DNA from: Candidatus Karelsulcia muelleri
GTDB taxonomy: Bacteria > Bacteroidota > Bacteroidia > Flavobacteriales > Blattabacteriaceae
DNA: 32,000 nucleotides
Direction of reading: 5' to 3'
NCBI RefSeq assembly: GCF_016888765.1
Contig: NZ_CP069423.1
Location: 1 to 32,000, forward strand
Part shown: piece by piece, positions 20,173 to 28,816 of the stretch
Numbering within the stretch: the stretch's first letter is position 1
How the letters are laid out: the number at the start of each line of letters is the position of its first letter
Notes under the pieces: generated by a model
Databases searched by the model: none
Seen by the model: only the letters and a program-made list of their open reading frames with translations
Told to the model about the DNA's origin: nothing
Position numbers and translations under genes: made by a program

Positions 20173-20624
20173 TTCTTTGGTTTAGTAATAATTATTATAT
20201 TAATTGTCTTAAATATTTTTTTACTAAATTTAACTTCAAATTTATATTGACCTATTTTATTAATTAGAGTTGTGTTAACATGGATTTGATCAATATTAAT
20301 ATTAATTTTTTTTTCTAAAAAAATATTAAAAATATCTGTTTTAGATAAAGTCTTATCCAAAACACCCGATTTACTTGCTGTTTTATAAAACACCCAATTT
20401 AATTTTTTAATTTTAATAATTTCTTTATTAAATTTATTAATAAGTTTTTTTTCATTATTTATATTTTTATTTAAAATATTAAAATATTTTTTTTTAAGTG
20501 AATCAGTAAATAAAATTGCTAGTTTTTTAGGAAATAAAAAATTTTTAGCATACCCTGGTTTAACATCAACTATATCATATTTAATTCCTAATTCTTTAAC
20601 CTCTTTAATTAAAAGAATTTTCAT
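20169..20624 (-). CDS. rplI: 50S ribosomal protein bL9
   Basis: MKILLIKEVKELGIKYDIVDVKPGYAKNFLFPKKLA. The ORF runs to 20666, but the family start matches the internal Met. Confidence 0.93.
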   Translation of the reverse strand: MKILLIKEVKELGIKYDIVDVKPGYAKNFLFPKKLAILFTDSLKKKYFNILNKNINNEKKLINKFNKEIIKIKKLNWVFYKTASKSGVLDKTLSKTDIFNIFLEKKININIDQIHVNTTLINKIGQYKFEVKFSKKIFKTINIIIITKPKK

Positions 20625-20628
20625 ATAT

Positions 20629-20898
20629 TTATTTAAAATTATCAGTAGTAAAAGGCAATAAACCAATATGTCGACATCTTTTTATAGCAATTTTAAGTCT
20701 TCTCTGTTTTTTAGTGGTAGTACCAGTTACTCTGCGAGGTAAAATCTCCCCTCTTTCATTTAAAAATTTTTTTAAAAGGTAAAAGTTTTTATAATCTATA
20801 AAATTAATTTGTTTATTTTGGAAATAACAGGTTTTATTCTTAGGTTTAGTTTCTATATTTAATGGCGTTAAATATTTAAGTGCCGCTTTTTTATTCAT
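20629..20898 (-). CDS. rpsR: 30S ribosomal protein bS18
   Basis: [53 protein letters not shown]. Confidence 0.97.
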   Translation of the reverse strand: MNKKAALKYLTPLNIETKPKNKTCYFQNKQINFIDYKNFYLLKKFLNERGEILPRRVTGTTTKKQRRLKIAIKRCRHIGLLPFTTDNFK

Positions 20899-21247
20899 CT
20901 AATTTCTTATTTAAAGTTATATTAACTTTTGACTCGAAATAATTTAGAGCTTTCTTCTTAATTTTAAGAATTAAAAAACGAATTACATTTTCATCTTGAT
21001 TTAATTTTTTTTCTAAGTTTTTTACTGAGCTTTTTAGGATTTTACAATAAAATATATGATATATGCCAAATCTCTTTTTATTTATAATATATGCTAATTT
21101 TTTTTTACCCCATTTAATTTGATAAATTATTCTTCCTTCTCTTCTTAAGAAGTTTTCATAGGAAGAAATAATTTGTTTTTTTTCTTCTTCTGAAACAGTC
21201 GGAGAAATCACTATTAACGTTTCATAAAAGGCTGATTTTAAATCCAT
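20891..21247 (-). CDS. rpsF: 30S ribosomal protein bS6
   Basis: [17 protein letters not shown]...[24 protein letters not shown]; conserved rpsF-rpsR-rplI order. Confidence 0.93.
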   Translation of the reverse strand: MDLKSAFYETLIVISPTVSEEEKKQIISSYENFLRREGRIIYQIKWGKKKLAYIINKKRFGIYHIFYCKILKSSVKNLEKKLNQDENVIRFLILKIKKKALNYFESKVNITLNKKLDE

Positions 21248-21263
21248 CTTGGGACATCTTTAT

Positions 21264-21519
21264 GGAGCTGACGGGAATCGAACCCGTGTCCAAACAAGCA
21301 ATATAATAAGATTTATACATATTTAGTAAGTTCTAATGTTAGCAGCCCTAAAATTATAACCAATCAATTTTGTAATATTTTAGCTTAAAAAAAGCTTAAG
21401 CTGCAAGAGAGTAATTTTTGCCATTTAGTTTTTTGTAATGAATTTTTTACGTGATTTCATTACATTTCACGATATGCTATCTTATTATATTTACTTGATG
21501 TCAAAACCAAATCAGCCCC
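21264..21519 (-). ncRNA. ssrA: tmRNA (compact)
   Basis: 5' GGGGCTG pairs with 3' CAGCTCC; 3' end GGACACGGGTTCGATTCCCGTCAGCTCCA; tag reading frame GGC AAA AAT TAC TCT CTT GCA GCT TAA (GKNYSLAA*) at 21422-21396; PK1 from CGTGA/TCACG plus TGTAATGAA/TTCATTACA. Confidence 0.95.
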
Positions 21520-21520
21520 T

Positions 21521-21778
21521 TCAGTTATCTAACGATAAAACTGATATAAATTTTTTTATTCCTTTGTTTTTAAAACACACCTTTCCATAAATATAAGAAT
21601 GTATAGAATAATCTTTACTCATGTAAACATTTTGTAGAGGTAAAAATTTCGAACCACGTTGTTTTACAATTATATTTCCTGGTTTAACTATGTGGCCACC
21701 ATATGTTTTTACCCCTAAGCGTTTACTTCGAGAATCACGACCATTTCTAGAACTTCCAACTCCCTTTTTATGTGCCAT
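21521..21778 (-). CDS. rpmA: 50S ribosomal protein bL27
   Basis: [28 protein letters not shown]. Confidence 0.98.
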   Translation of the reverse strand: MAHKKGVGSSRNGRDSRSKRLGVKTYGGHIVKPGNIIVKQRGSKFLPLQNVYMSKDYSIHSYIYGKVCFKNKGIKKFISVLSLDN

Positions 21779-22100
21779 GTCTTATTTTTTTTACTATTGA
21801 TATAATTTTTATTTTAGTCATCTTTTGGCGATGACCTTTTTTCAGTTTATACCCTTTTCTTCTTTTTTTTTTAAAAACAATTATTTTTTTTTCTTTCCTA
21901 TGACCAATTACTTCTGCTAAAATGTAAATATTCTTCAAATATGGTCTGCCTATTTTAACCTTGCCATTATTTAGAAATAAAATAATTTTTTGGAACAAAA
22001 TTTGTTGGCCTATTTTTTCTAATTTTAAAAAAGGTATATATAAATCTTTCTCTTTTCTTGCCACAAACTGGTTACCTAAAGCTTCAAAACAAGCTTTCAT
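21768..22100 (-). CDS. rplU: 50S ribosomal protein bL21
   Basis: [53 protein letters not shown]; upstream of rpmA. Confidence 0.94.
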   Translation of the reverse strand: MKACFEALGNQFVARKEKDLYIPFLKLEKIGQQILFQKIILFLNNGKVKIGRPYLKNIYILAEVIGHRKEKKIIVFKKKRRKGYKLKKGHRQKMTKIKIISIVKKIRHGT

Positions 22101-22128
22101 AAAAATAAAATTATTTCGACATATTTTG

Positions 22129-22203
22129 TGGTCTCAGCTGGATTTGAACCAGCGACTTCTTGATTATGAGTCAAGTGCTCTAACCAAGCTGAGCTATGAG
22201 ACC
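22129..22203 (-). tRNA. tRNA with CAT anticodon (elongator Met or lysidine-modified Ile2)
   Basis: Reverse complement GGTCTCATAGCTCAG...CTTGACTCATAATCAAG...GCTGGTTCAAATCCAGCTGAGACCA; standard elongator-type cloverleaf. Confidence 0.93.
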
Positions 22204-22226
22204 TAGCAAAATTTAACTAGTCTGAG

Positions 22227-23543
22227 TTATGTATAAATCTTTTTGGGAGATCTTGGAAATGGTATTACCTCTCTTATATTTTTCATATTTGTAATGAACT
22301 GAATTAGTCTATCAAAACCTAATCCGAACCCACTGTGTGGAACAGTTCCAAATTTTCGAGTATTAATATACCATTCTAGATCTTTTTGTTTTAATTTAAA
22401 ATATTGAATTTGTGATAATAGTATTTTATATCTTTCTTCTCTTTGTGAACCCCCAATAATTTCACCTACATAAGGAAAAATAATATCCATTGCTGATACT
22501 GTTTTCTTGTCTTTATTTATTCTCATATAAAATGGTTTTAAATCAATTGGATAATCAAATATAATTATCGGGGAATTAAAATAATTTTCTACTAAAAATT
22601 TTTCATGTTCTGACTTTAAATCTTTTCCCCATGTAATTTGATACCCATTTTGACTTAGAATTTTAAGGGATTTTGAGTAAGTTATTCTTTTAAAGTCTTT
22701 ATTTAATATTAAATTAATATTATTAAATATTTGATTGTTTTTATCCAAAAATAATAAATCCTCATAAGATAATTTAATAATTTTTTTCATTATATATTTA
22801 ATAAAATGCTCAGCTAAATACATATTATTTTTTAAATTAAAAAAAGCTACTTCTGGTTCTACCATCCAAAATTCTGCTAAATGTCTAGGAGTATTGGAAT
22901 TTTCGGCTCTAAAAGTAGGGCCAAAAGTATAAATTTTTCCTAATCCTAACGCCGCCGATTCTCCATGCAATTGTCCAGAAACTGTTAAAAAGGCATTTTC
23001 TCCAAAAAAATCTGATTTAGTAGTTACCTTAAACAGTTGACTATACCCTTCTGAATCATAATTAGTTATTATAGGGGTTTGAATATTATAAAACCCCCTT
23101 TTATTGAAATATTTATGAATTAGGTAAGAGACATTATGTCTAACCCTCATTATTGAACTAAATAAATTAGTACGAAATCTTAAATAAGCTTGTTGTCTTA
23201 ATTTATTAAAACTATGTTTTTTCGGTTGCAATATGGTCTTTTGAAAATCTTTCTCTTTGAATAAGCCATATATTCTTATGTTTTTTGCTAACAGCTCAAT
23301 AATTTGTTTATTTCCTTTGCTTAATACTATTTTGCCTTTTACTTTTAAAAAAGTACCTCTATTAAGTTTTCGGGTTTCATTTTTTACTATAAGTTGTAAA
23401 TTTCTTATGGTTGAACCATCGTTTATTATCACAAACTTTTTTAATTTATTTGATCTTATATGTTTTACCCACCCATTTACAACTATTTTTTGGTTTATTA
23501 AATTCGTATTTTGTTTTAAAATAGATCTTATCGTATGGCACAT
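22227..23543 (-). CDS. asnS: Asparagine--tRNA ligase
   Basis: VNGWVKHIR, YTFGPTFRAENSNTPRHLAEFWMVEPE, and GTVPHSGFGLGFDRLIQFIT. Confidence 0.96.
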   Translation of the reverse strand: MCHTIRSILKQNTNLINQKIVVNGWVKHIRSNKLKKFVIINDGSTIRNLQLIVKNETRKLNRGTFLKVKGKIVLSKGNKQIIELLAKNIRIYGLFKEKDFQKTILQPKKHSFNKLRQQAYLRFRTNLFSSIMRVRHNVSYLIHKYFNKRGFYNIQTPIITNYDSEGYSQLFKVTTKSDFFGENAFLTVSGQLHGESAALGLGKIYTFGPTFRAENSNTPRHLAEFWMVEPEVAFFNLKNNMYLAEHFIKYIMKKIIKLSYEDLLFLDKNNQIFNNINLILNKDFKRITYSKSLKILSQNGYQITWGKDLKSEHEKFLVENYFNSPIIIFDYPIDLKPFYMRINKDKKTVSAMDIIFPYVGEIIGGSQREERYKILLSQIQYFKLKQKDLEWYINTRKFGTVPHSGFGLGFDRLIQFITNMKNIREVIPFPRSPKKIYT

Positions 23544-24077
23544 CTAGATTTTAAGTATTTCTTTATTTTTATTTTCAAATATTTTTTCTATTTTATAAAT
23601 ATATTCTTTAGTTGCTTCAAGCACATCCTTTTTATATTTTTCAATTAAATCTGTTTCACTAAACTCTTTAATTATTTTATTATTATAATCTTTTCTTATA
23701 TTTCTTAAACTAATTTTAGCGGTTTCTAATTTTAGCTTATTACTTTTAATTATTTCTTTCCTCCTTTCTTCTGTTAAACTTGGAATTACTAATTTGAGAA
23801 ATTTCCCCTTGTTAATTGGAAGAATACCTAGGTTTGATTTAATTATACTTTTTTCGATTAGAGCCAAAGTTTTTTTTTCCCATGGCTTAATTAATATAGT
23901 TTTTGAATTTATTACTTCTAGGCTTGATAAATGATATAAAGGCACTTTATTTTTATAATATTCTACAGTAATATCGTCTAACATATCGGTATTGGCTTTT
24001 CCTATTCTAATTTTAGAAAGTTTATTTTTATAATAATATAAAATTTGATTCATTTTTTCTTTAATTTCTTTTTTCAT
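23544..24077 (-). CDS. frr: Ribosome recycling factor
   Basis: KLSKIRIGKANTDMLDDITVEYY...IPSLTEERRKEI. The ORF runs to 24143, but the family start fits the internal Met at MKKEIKEKMNQ. Confidence 0.92.
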   Translation of the reverse strand: MKKEIKEKMNQILYYYKNKLSKIRIGKANTDMLDDITVEYYKNKVPLYHLSSLEVINSKTILIKPWEKKTLALIEKSIIKSNLGILPINKGKFLKLVIPSLTEERRKEIIKSNKLKLETAKISLRNIRKDYNNKIIKEFSETDLIEKYKKDVLEATKEYIYKIEKIFENKNKEILKI

Positions 24078-24176
24078 TTCTCTTTTGGGATTTGTTATGT
24101 AGTTTATATAAACTAATATTATGTTTGTTTTTAACATATCCATTATCTTATCTTATTAATTAATGTAAGAAAACCA

Positions 24177-25133
24177 ATGTCTAATTTTTTAACTGGTATT
24201 AAAAGTACTGGTCGTCCACATCTGGGGAATGTAATAGGAGTTATTTACCCTACTATATTTTTAACAAAGAATGAAAAGTTTAAAAAGAAATTTATTTTAA
24301 TTGCTAACCTTCATTCTATTACGAATTTAAAATATATTAAAAATAATAAAAACAATGCATACAAAATTTTAGCTGTTTGGTTAGCTTGTGGAATAGATTA
24401 TAAAAAATTTCTTTTTTATCGACAATCTGATTTACCAGAAGTTACTGAATTATTCTGGTTTTTTAGTATTATATATCCATATAATAGATTAAAATTAGTA
24501 CATTCTTTTAAAGAAAATGTAAAAAAAAAAAACACAATAAATACAGGAATATTAACATATCCAATTTTAATGGCTGCTGATATATTAATAAGTAAAGCCG
24601 AACTAGTATTAGTAGGAAAAGATCAACTACAGCACTTAGAAATAGCTAGAAAAATAGCCAAAAAAATAAATAATATAAAAAAAATCTTCCCACTTCCTCA
24701 AGCCATAGTACTTGAAAATTTAATACCCGGTACAGATGGAACCAAAATGAGTAAAACTAAAAATAACATTATAGATCTTTTTGCCTCTAAAAAAGAAATT
24801 AAAAAACAAATTCTGAAAATTAAGACACAAAAACAATTTTCAAGTAATAAAAAAGAATTATTAAAAGATAATTTATATAATATATATATCAGCTTGGCAG
24901 GGAAAGAAAAAAAAGAAAAAATAAAAAATAATTTTAAAATGGGATACGAACATGCAAAAGAAGAATTATATAGGTTTATAATAAAGAAATTTAAAAGAGA
25001 ACGTAATTTATATAAATACTACATAAAAAGAAAAAATAAGTTAGAAACAATTTTTAAAAAAGGGGCTCAAAAAATGAAACAAATAGTCAATTATACTATT
25101 TCTGAAGTTAGAAAAGCTTTCGAATGTAATTAG
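24177..25133 (+). CDS. trpS: Tryptophan--tRNA ligase
   Basis: TGIKSTGRPHLGNVIG, YPILMAADILI, LVGKDQLQHLE, PGTDGTKMSKTKNN. Confidence 0.96.
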   Translation: MSNFLTGIKSTGRPHLGNVIGVIYPTIFLTKNEKFKKKFILIANLHSITNLKYIKNNKNNAYKILAVWLACGIDYKKFLFYRQSDLPEVTELFWFFSIIYPYNRLKLVHSFKENVKKKNTINTGILTYPILMAADILISKAELVLVGKDQLQHLEIARKIAKKINNIKKIFPLPQAIVLENLIPGTDGTKMSKTKNNIIDLFASKKEIKKQILKIKTQKQFSSNKKELLKDNLYNIYISLAGKEKKEKIKNNFKMGYEHAKEELYRFIIKKFKRERNLYKYYIKRKNKLETIFKKGAQKMKQIVNYTISEVRKAFECN

Positions 25134-25328
25134 CAGTTCTCAATTTTTATGGGAAACAATTTACCTTAAATTGTGAGAGCAGAATTAAATACTGGACAAT
25201 TTTCTCAAAGAAATAAATTTCTTATTAACGTAATTTAAATTAATAAAATTAAAGCTAGTCAATTTACAGTAGTTTAAATAGTAAAGAAAATTAAAGAATT
25301 AATTAATAACTAAAAAGTTTTTATTAAA

Positions 25329-25418
25329 ATGCCAAATGGCAAAAAAAGAAAAAGAAAAAAAATAGCAACACATAAAAGAAAAAAACAAAGCAGAAAAAAT
25401 AGACATAAAAAGAAATAA
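25329..25418 (+). CDS. 29-aa basic small protein (MPNGKKRKRKKIATHKRKKQSRKNRHKKK)
   Basis: Complete ATG-TAA ORF missed by the track. From memory it closely resembles a small Lys/Arg-rich protein (MPxGKKRKRHKxATHKRKKR...) common in Bacteroidota. Confidence 0.75.
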   Translation: MPNGKKRKRKKIATHKRKKQSRKNRHKKK

Positions 25419-25424
25419 TTTCTT

Positions 25425-25507
25425 GCGGATATGGTGGAATGGTATACACGCTAGACTTAGAATCTAGTATCTAAAAAGATATAAGGGTTCGAATCCCTTT
25501 ATCCGCA
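25425..25507 (+). tRNA. tRNA-Leu(TAG)
   Basis: GCGGATA/TATCCGC acceptor, anticodon loop CTTAGAA, variable arm ATCTAAAAAGAT, T arm AAGGG-TTCGAAT-CCCTT, discriminator A. Confidence 0.95.
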
Positions 25508-25511
25508 ATCT

Positions 25512-25578
25512 GCCTGTATGGTGGCATGGTATACACGCTGAACTCAAAATCCTGTGGTTTCAAATACCACAACGTATC
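25512..25578 (+). pseudogene. tRNA-Leu(CAA)-like element, degraded or truncated
   Basis: GCCTGTATGGTGGCATGGTATACACGCTGAACTCAAAATCCTGTGGTTTCAAATACCACAACGTATC: D region nearly identical to the adjacent tRNA-Leu(TAG) and anticodon loop CTCAAAA. It has one arm too few for a type II tRNA and a non-pairing acceptor end. Confidence 0.65.
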
Positions 25579-25581
25579 TTA

Positions 25582-26322
25582 TTAAAACTTAAATAAGATT
25601 TTCTTCATCTTATTATTTTCTTTATTAGCTAAATAAAAATCTATTAGGATTCTACCACTAATTTCTTCAATAATTATTTTTTTTCTTTCTAATAATTCAT
25701 AATATTTTTGTTGAGTAATTAATATATATGTACCAAATGGTATCTTTTTATAAACTGGTACAACCGCTATTCCACTTATAGAAAGAATCTGTTTATATCT
25801 TTTTAAGAAATTTTTATTAATCTGTTTTTTTATTTTCTTTTCAATTTCTTTTAAAAAGATAAGCTGTTTCTTCAGTTTTTCTTTTATTTCTTTATAATTT
25901 ATAATTTTCCTTTTAAATATGAAGTCTTTAATCAGCAGATATTGTTTTATCGTTTTAATTTTTATTGATTTAATAAGAATTTTATTCTTTTTATTTAAAG
26001 CTTTTCTTTTCTTTAAAAGAAAATAAATATAATGATATTCGAGATCAAGCTCCAACTTTTTTTGAAGTGATTTTAAAAGTTGGATAATTTTTTTTTTATA
26101 TATATTTAATTTTGAATTACTTCTTAAAAGTTTTTTGTTATTTTTTAGTCTTTGTGTTAAAAAGAATAGATATCTTTTTTTTTGTTTTAAAAACAAAATA
26201 AATCTTATAATAAAGACTGTAAATATATTTATTATATAATTTAAATATTTTAAACGCAAATGAATTAATTGTAATCTATATATGTATTTTAATTGGGATT
26301 CAATCCTTGAATTAGTTTTCAT
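25582..26322 (-). CDS. Bacteroidota coiled-coil 'zinc ribbon domain' family protein with the zinc ribbon cysteines lost
   Basis: Long charged coiled coil. C-terminal GIAVVPVYKKIPFGTYILITQQKYYELLERKKIIIEEISGRILID aligns by eye to the family end (GGCFNxIPPQ...KKIIxCExCGRILVD). Confidence 0.65.
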   Translation of the reverse strand: MKTNSRIESQLKYIYRLQLIHLRLKYLNYIINIFTVFIIRFILFLKQKKRYLFFLTQRLKNNKKLLRSNSKLNIYKKKIIQLLKSLQKKLELDLEYHYIYFLLKKRKALNKKNKILIKSIKIKTIKQYLLIKDFIFKRKIINYKEIKEKLKKQLIFLKEIEKKIKKQINKNFLKRYKQILSISGIAVVPVYKKIPFGTYILITQQKYYELLERKKIIIEEISGRILIDFYLANKENNKMKKILFKF

Positions 26323-26384
26323 TTTTTCTTATTCTGAGGTTTTTTTTATTTTCTTTTCAATTTCTTTTATTTATTATTTGGATT

Positions 26385-27233
26385 ATGAATATTAATAAAA
26401 ATAAACCAATTTGGTTAAAAGTTAGATTTCCGATTGGAGGAAAGTATGATAATATTAATAATTTCCTTTTAAAAGAAAGCTTAAATACAATTTGTAAAAG
26501 TAGTGATTGTCCTAATCTTGGAACTTGTTGGAAAAATGGAGTGTTAAGTTTTCTTTTATTAGGAAATATATGTACTAGATCTTGCAAATTTTGTGCGATA
26601 AAAACTGGAAAACCTAAAAAAATCAAGGTGTTAGAACCTTACAAAATTGCAAAGACAGTCAAAACAATGGAAATTAAACACGTTGTTTTGACTTCTGTTA
26701 ATAGAGATGATTTAAAAGATATGGGAATAAAAATATGGCTTAAAACAATAAGAGAAATTAAAAAAATCTCTACTTCGACTATAGAAGCATTAATACCAGA
26801 TTTTAAAGGGCATAAAAACAAAATTGCCCTAATAATTAAGGAACACCCAGAAATTATTTCTCATAACCTAGAAACTGTACCTAGATTAACCAAAACAGTA
26901 CGCATTCAAGCTAAATATGATAGAAGCTTATCTATTTTAAAATATATCAAAACAAAAAGTGACATAAGAACTAAAACTGGTATTATGCTAGGATTAGGTG
27001 AAACCGAAGTAGAAGTAATAAATACTTTTAAAGATATTAGAAAAGCCAAGATTGAGATCTTAACAATAGGTCAATATATAGCCCCCACTTTAACACATTA
27101 CCCAGTTCAAAGCTTTATTACGCCTCAGAAATTTAAATACTACAAAAATATAGCATTAGATATGGGCTTTTTATATGTTGAAAGCAATCCTTTAGTTAGA
27201 AGTTCTTATAATGCCTATAAACATATTCTTTAA
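26385..27233 (+). CDS. lipA: Lipoyl synthase
   Basis: CKSSDCPNLGTCW and GNICTRSCKFCAI radical-SAM cluster motifs; C-terminal ESNPLVRSSYNA. Confidence 0.97.
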   Translation: MNINKNKPIWLKVRFPIGGKYDNINNFLLKESLNTICKSSDCPNLGTCWKNGVLSFLLLGNICTRSCKFCAIKTGKPKKIKVLEPYKIAKTVKTMEIKHVVLTSVNRDDLKDMGIKIWLKTIREIKKISTSTIEALIPDFKGHKNKIALIIKEHPEIISHNLETVPRLTKTVRIQAKYDRSLSILKYIKTKSDIRTKTGIMLGLGETEVEVINTFKDIRKAKIEILTIGQYIAPTLTHYPVQSFITPQKFKYYKNIALDMGFLYVESNPLVRSSYNAYKHIL

Positions 27234-27283
27234 GCAAGCTTTCCCAACTGCTTTTTCTTTGTTAATATCTAACAGTTTAAACT

Positions 27284-28591
27284 ATGAAAAAAAGAATTTC
27301 TATAGTAGGCCATCCTAATGTAGGCAAATCTACCCTTTTTAATTATTTAGCAGGCTACCAGAAAGCAATTACTCATTATTCGAGTGGAGTTACCAGAGAT
27401 AGGATATATTGTGAGTGTAAATGGAAAGGGAATAAGTTTACTCTGATAGATTCTGGAGGATATGTAATTGGAAAGAAAGCTTTACAAATTAAAATATGTG
27501 AGCAATTTTTATTTGCTATTGAAGAATCAACCGATGTAATCTTTGTAATAGATATTTTATCTGGAATATTGCCTATAGATTATAATATATCTAATATCTT
27601 ACAAAGATCAAAACAAAAAGTTTTTATAGCTATTAATAAAATTGATCAATATAAATCATATCTTTATGAAACACAAAATATTTTAAAATTAGGATTTAAG
27701 GATTATTTTTTTTTATCTTGTTATACTGGACAAGGGATTAACGAATTATTAAATTCTATTTTTTCTAATAAAACAGAAATATTAATTAAATTAAAAACTT
27801 CCAATCTGCCTAGAATTACTTTAGTAGGCAGGAAAAATGTAGGCAAGTCATCTTTAATTAATACCTTATTAAATAAAAATCAAAGCATAGTCTGTGATCT
27901 TCCAGGGACTACTAGGGATTGTATAGAAGTAATTTCTAATAAATTTAATTTTAAATGTATTTTGATTGATACTGCTGGGATAATAAAACAGAAAAGAAAA
28001 AAGGCAGATCTCGAATACTTTTCATTTCTTAGAACGACTCAAGCAATTTCCAATTCTGACTTATGTTTTTTAATAATAGATCCTAAAATAGGGTTTCAAA
28101 AACAAGATATAAAGATCTTTCAAATTATTAAAAAGAACTTTAAAGGTATTATTATATTAATTAATAAATGTGATCTTATTAAGAAGAAGAGTATTTTACA
28201 AAATTTGAAACAAAATATTATTAAAAAAATTTATCCATTTACAGATCTGCCAATATATTTCACCTCTAATTTTTCAAAACAAAATATTATTAAAGCTTTT
28301 AAGCAAGCAATAAGTATAATAAAAAAGCAAAAACAAAAAATAAATACAAGTTATTTTAATAAAATTATGCTTCCGATATTAAAAAAAAAAACAATAAATT
28401 TAAGTAATGGTAGAAATCTTTCTATAAAATATTGCGTCCCAATTTTAAAAAAAGGTATTAAGAAATTCATTTTTTTTAGCAATAATCCTAAACTTATTCC
28501 TAGGTCTTATAAAAGATTTCTAGAAAAAAAAATAAGGTCTAATTTTGATCTAATTGGAATCCCGATTAAAATTAAATTTAAAACAAAATAA
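27284..28591 (+). CDS. der: Ribosome biogenesis GTPase Der
   Basis: Two GTPase domains: GHPNVGKSTLFNYL/DSGG/NKID and GRKNVGKSSLINTL/DTAG/NKCD. Confidence 0.96.
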   Translation: MKKRISIVGHPNVGKSTLFNYLAGYQKAITHYSSGVTRDRIYCECKWKGNKFTLIDSGGYVIGKKALQIKICEQFLFAIEESTDVIFVIDILSGILPIDYNISNILQRSKQKVFIAINKIDQYKSYLYETQNILKLGFKDYFFLSCYTGQGINELLNSIFSNKTEILIKLKTSNLPRITLVGRKNVGKSSLINTLLNKNQSIVCDLPGTTRDCIEVISNKFNFKCILIDTAGIIKQKRKKADLEYFSFLRTTQAISNSDLCFLIIDPKIGFQKQDIKIFQIIKKNFKGIIILINKCDLIKKKSILQNLKQNIIKKIYPFTDLPIYFTSNFSKQNIIKAFKQAISIIKKQKQKINTSYFNKIMLPILKKKTINLSNGRNLSIKYCVPILKKGIKKFIFFSNNPKLIPRSYKRFLEKKIRSNFDLIGIPIKIKFKTK

Positions 28592-28816
28592 TTCTGTCTG
28601 AGCTCTAGGAATAAAATAATTTATTCAAACTATAAACACCCAGTGAGGCCTTAAAGATCTTATCTTCTTATAAAGAGGGATAAAAAAGAGATGCTTTTAC
28701 TAAAAGTATACAGAATTAATAAGATCGTACCTAATTAAATTGATTTTAAAATAATAATTTAACTATTAACTAAATATAAAATAAAGTTTATATTAATAAG
28801 TATATATACAAAAATA

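Noticed and set aside
20625-20666. N-terminal extension of bL9 ([14 protein letters not shown]) overlapping rpsR
   Set aside because: The family start matches the internal Met (MKILLIKEVKELG), which removes the overlap.
21961-22206. Plus-strand ORF of 81 aa ending WSQLDLNQRLLDYESSALTKLSYET
   Set aside because: It is antisense to rplU, and its tail is the translation of the reverse complement of a tRNA, a well-known spurious ORF type.
23257-23547. Plus-strand ORF of 96 aa
   Set aside because: It is antisense to asnS; the hydrophobic character is a composition effect.
24078-24143. 22-aa N-terminal extension of ribosome recycling factor
   Set aside because: RRF proteins normally start near the MKKEIKEKMNQ Met; the extra residues look like an over-called ORF start.
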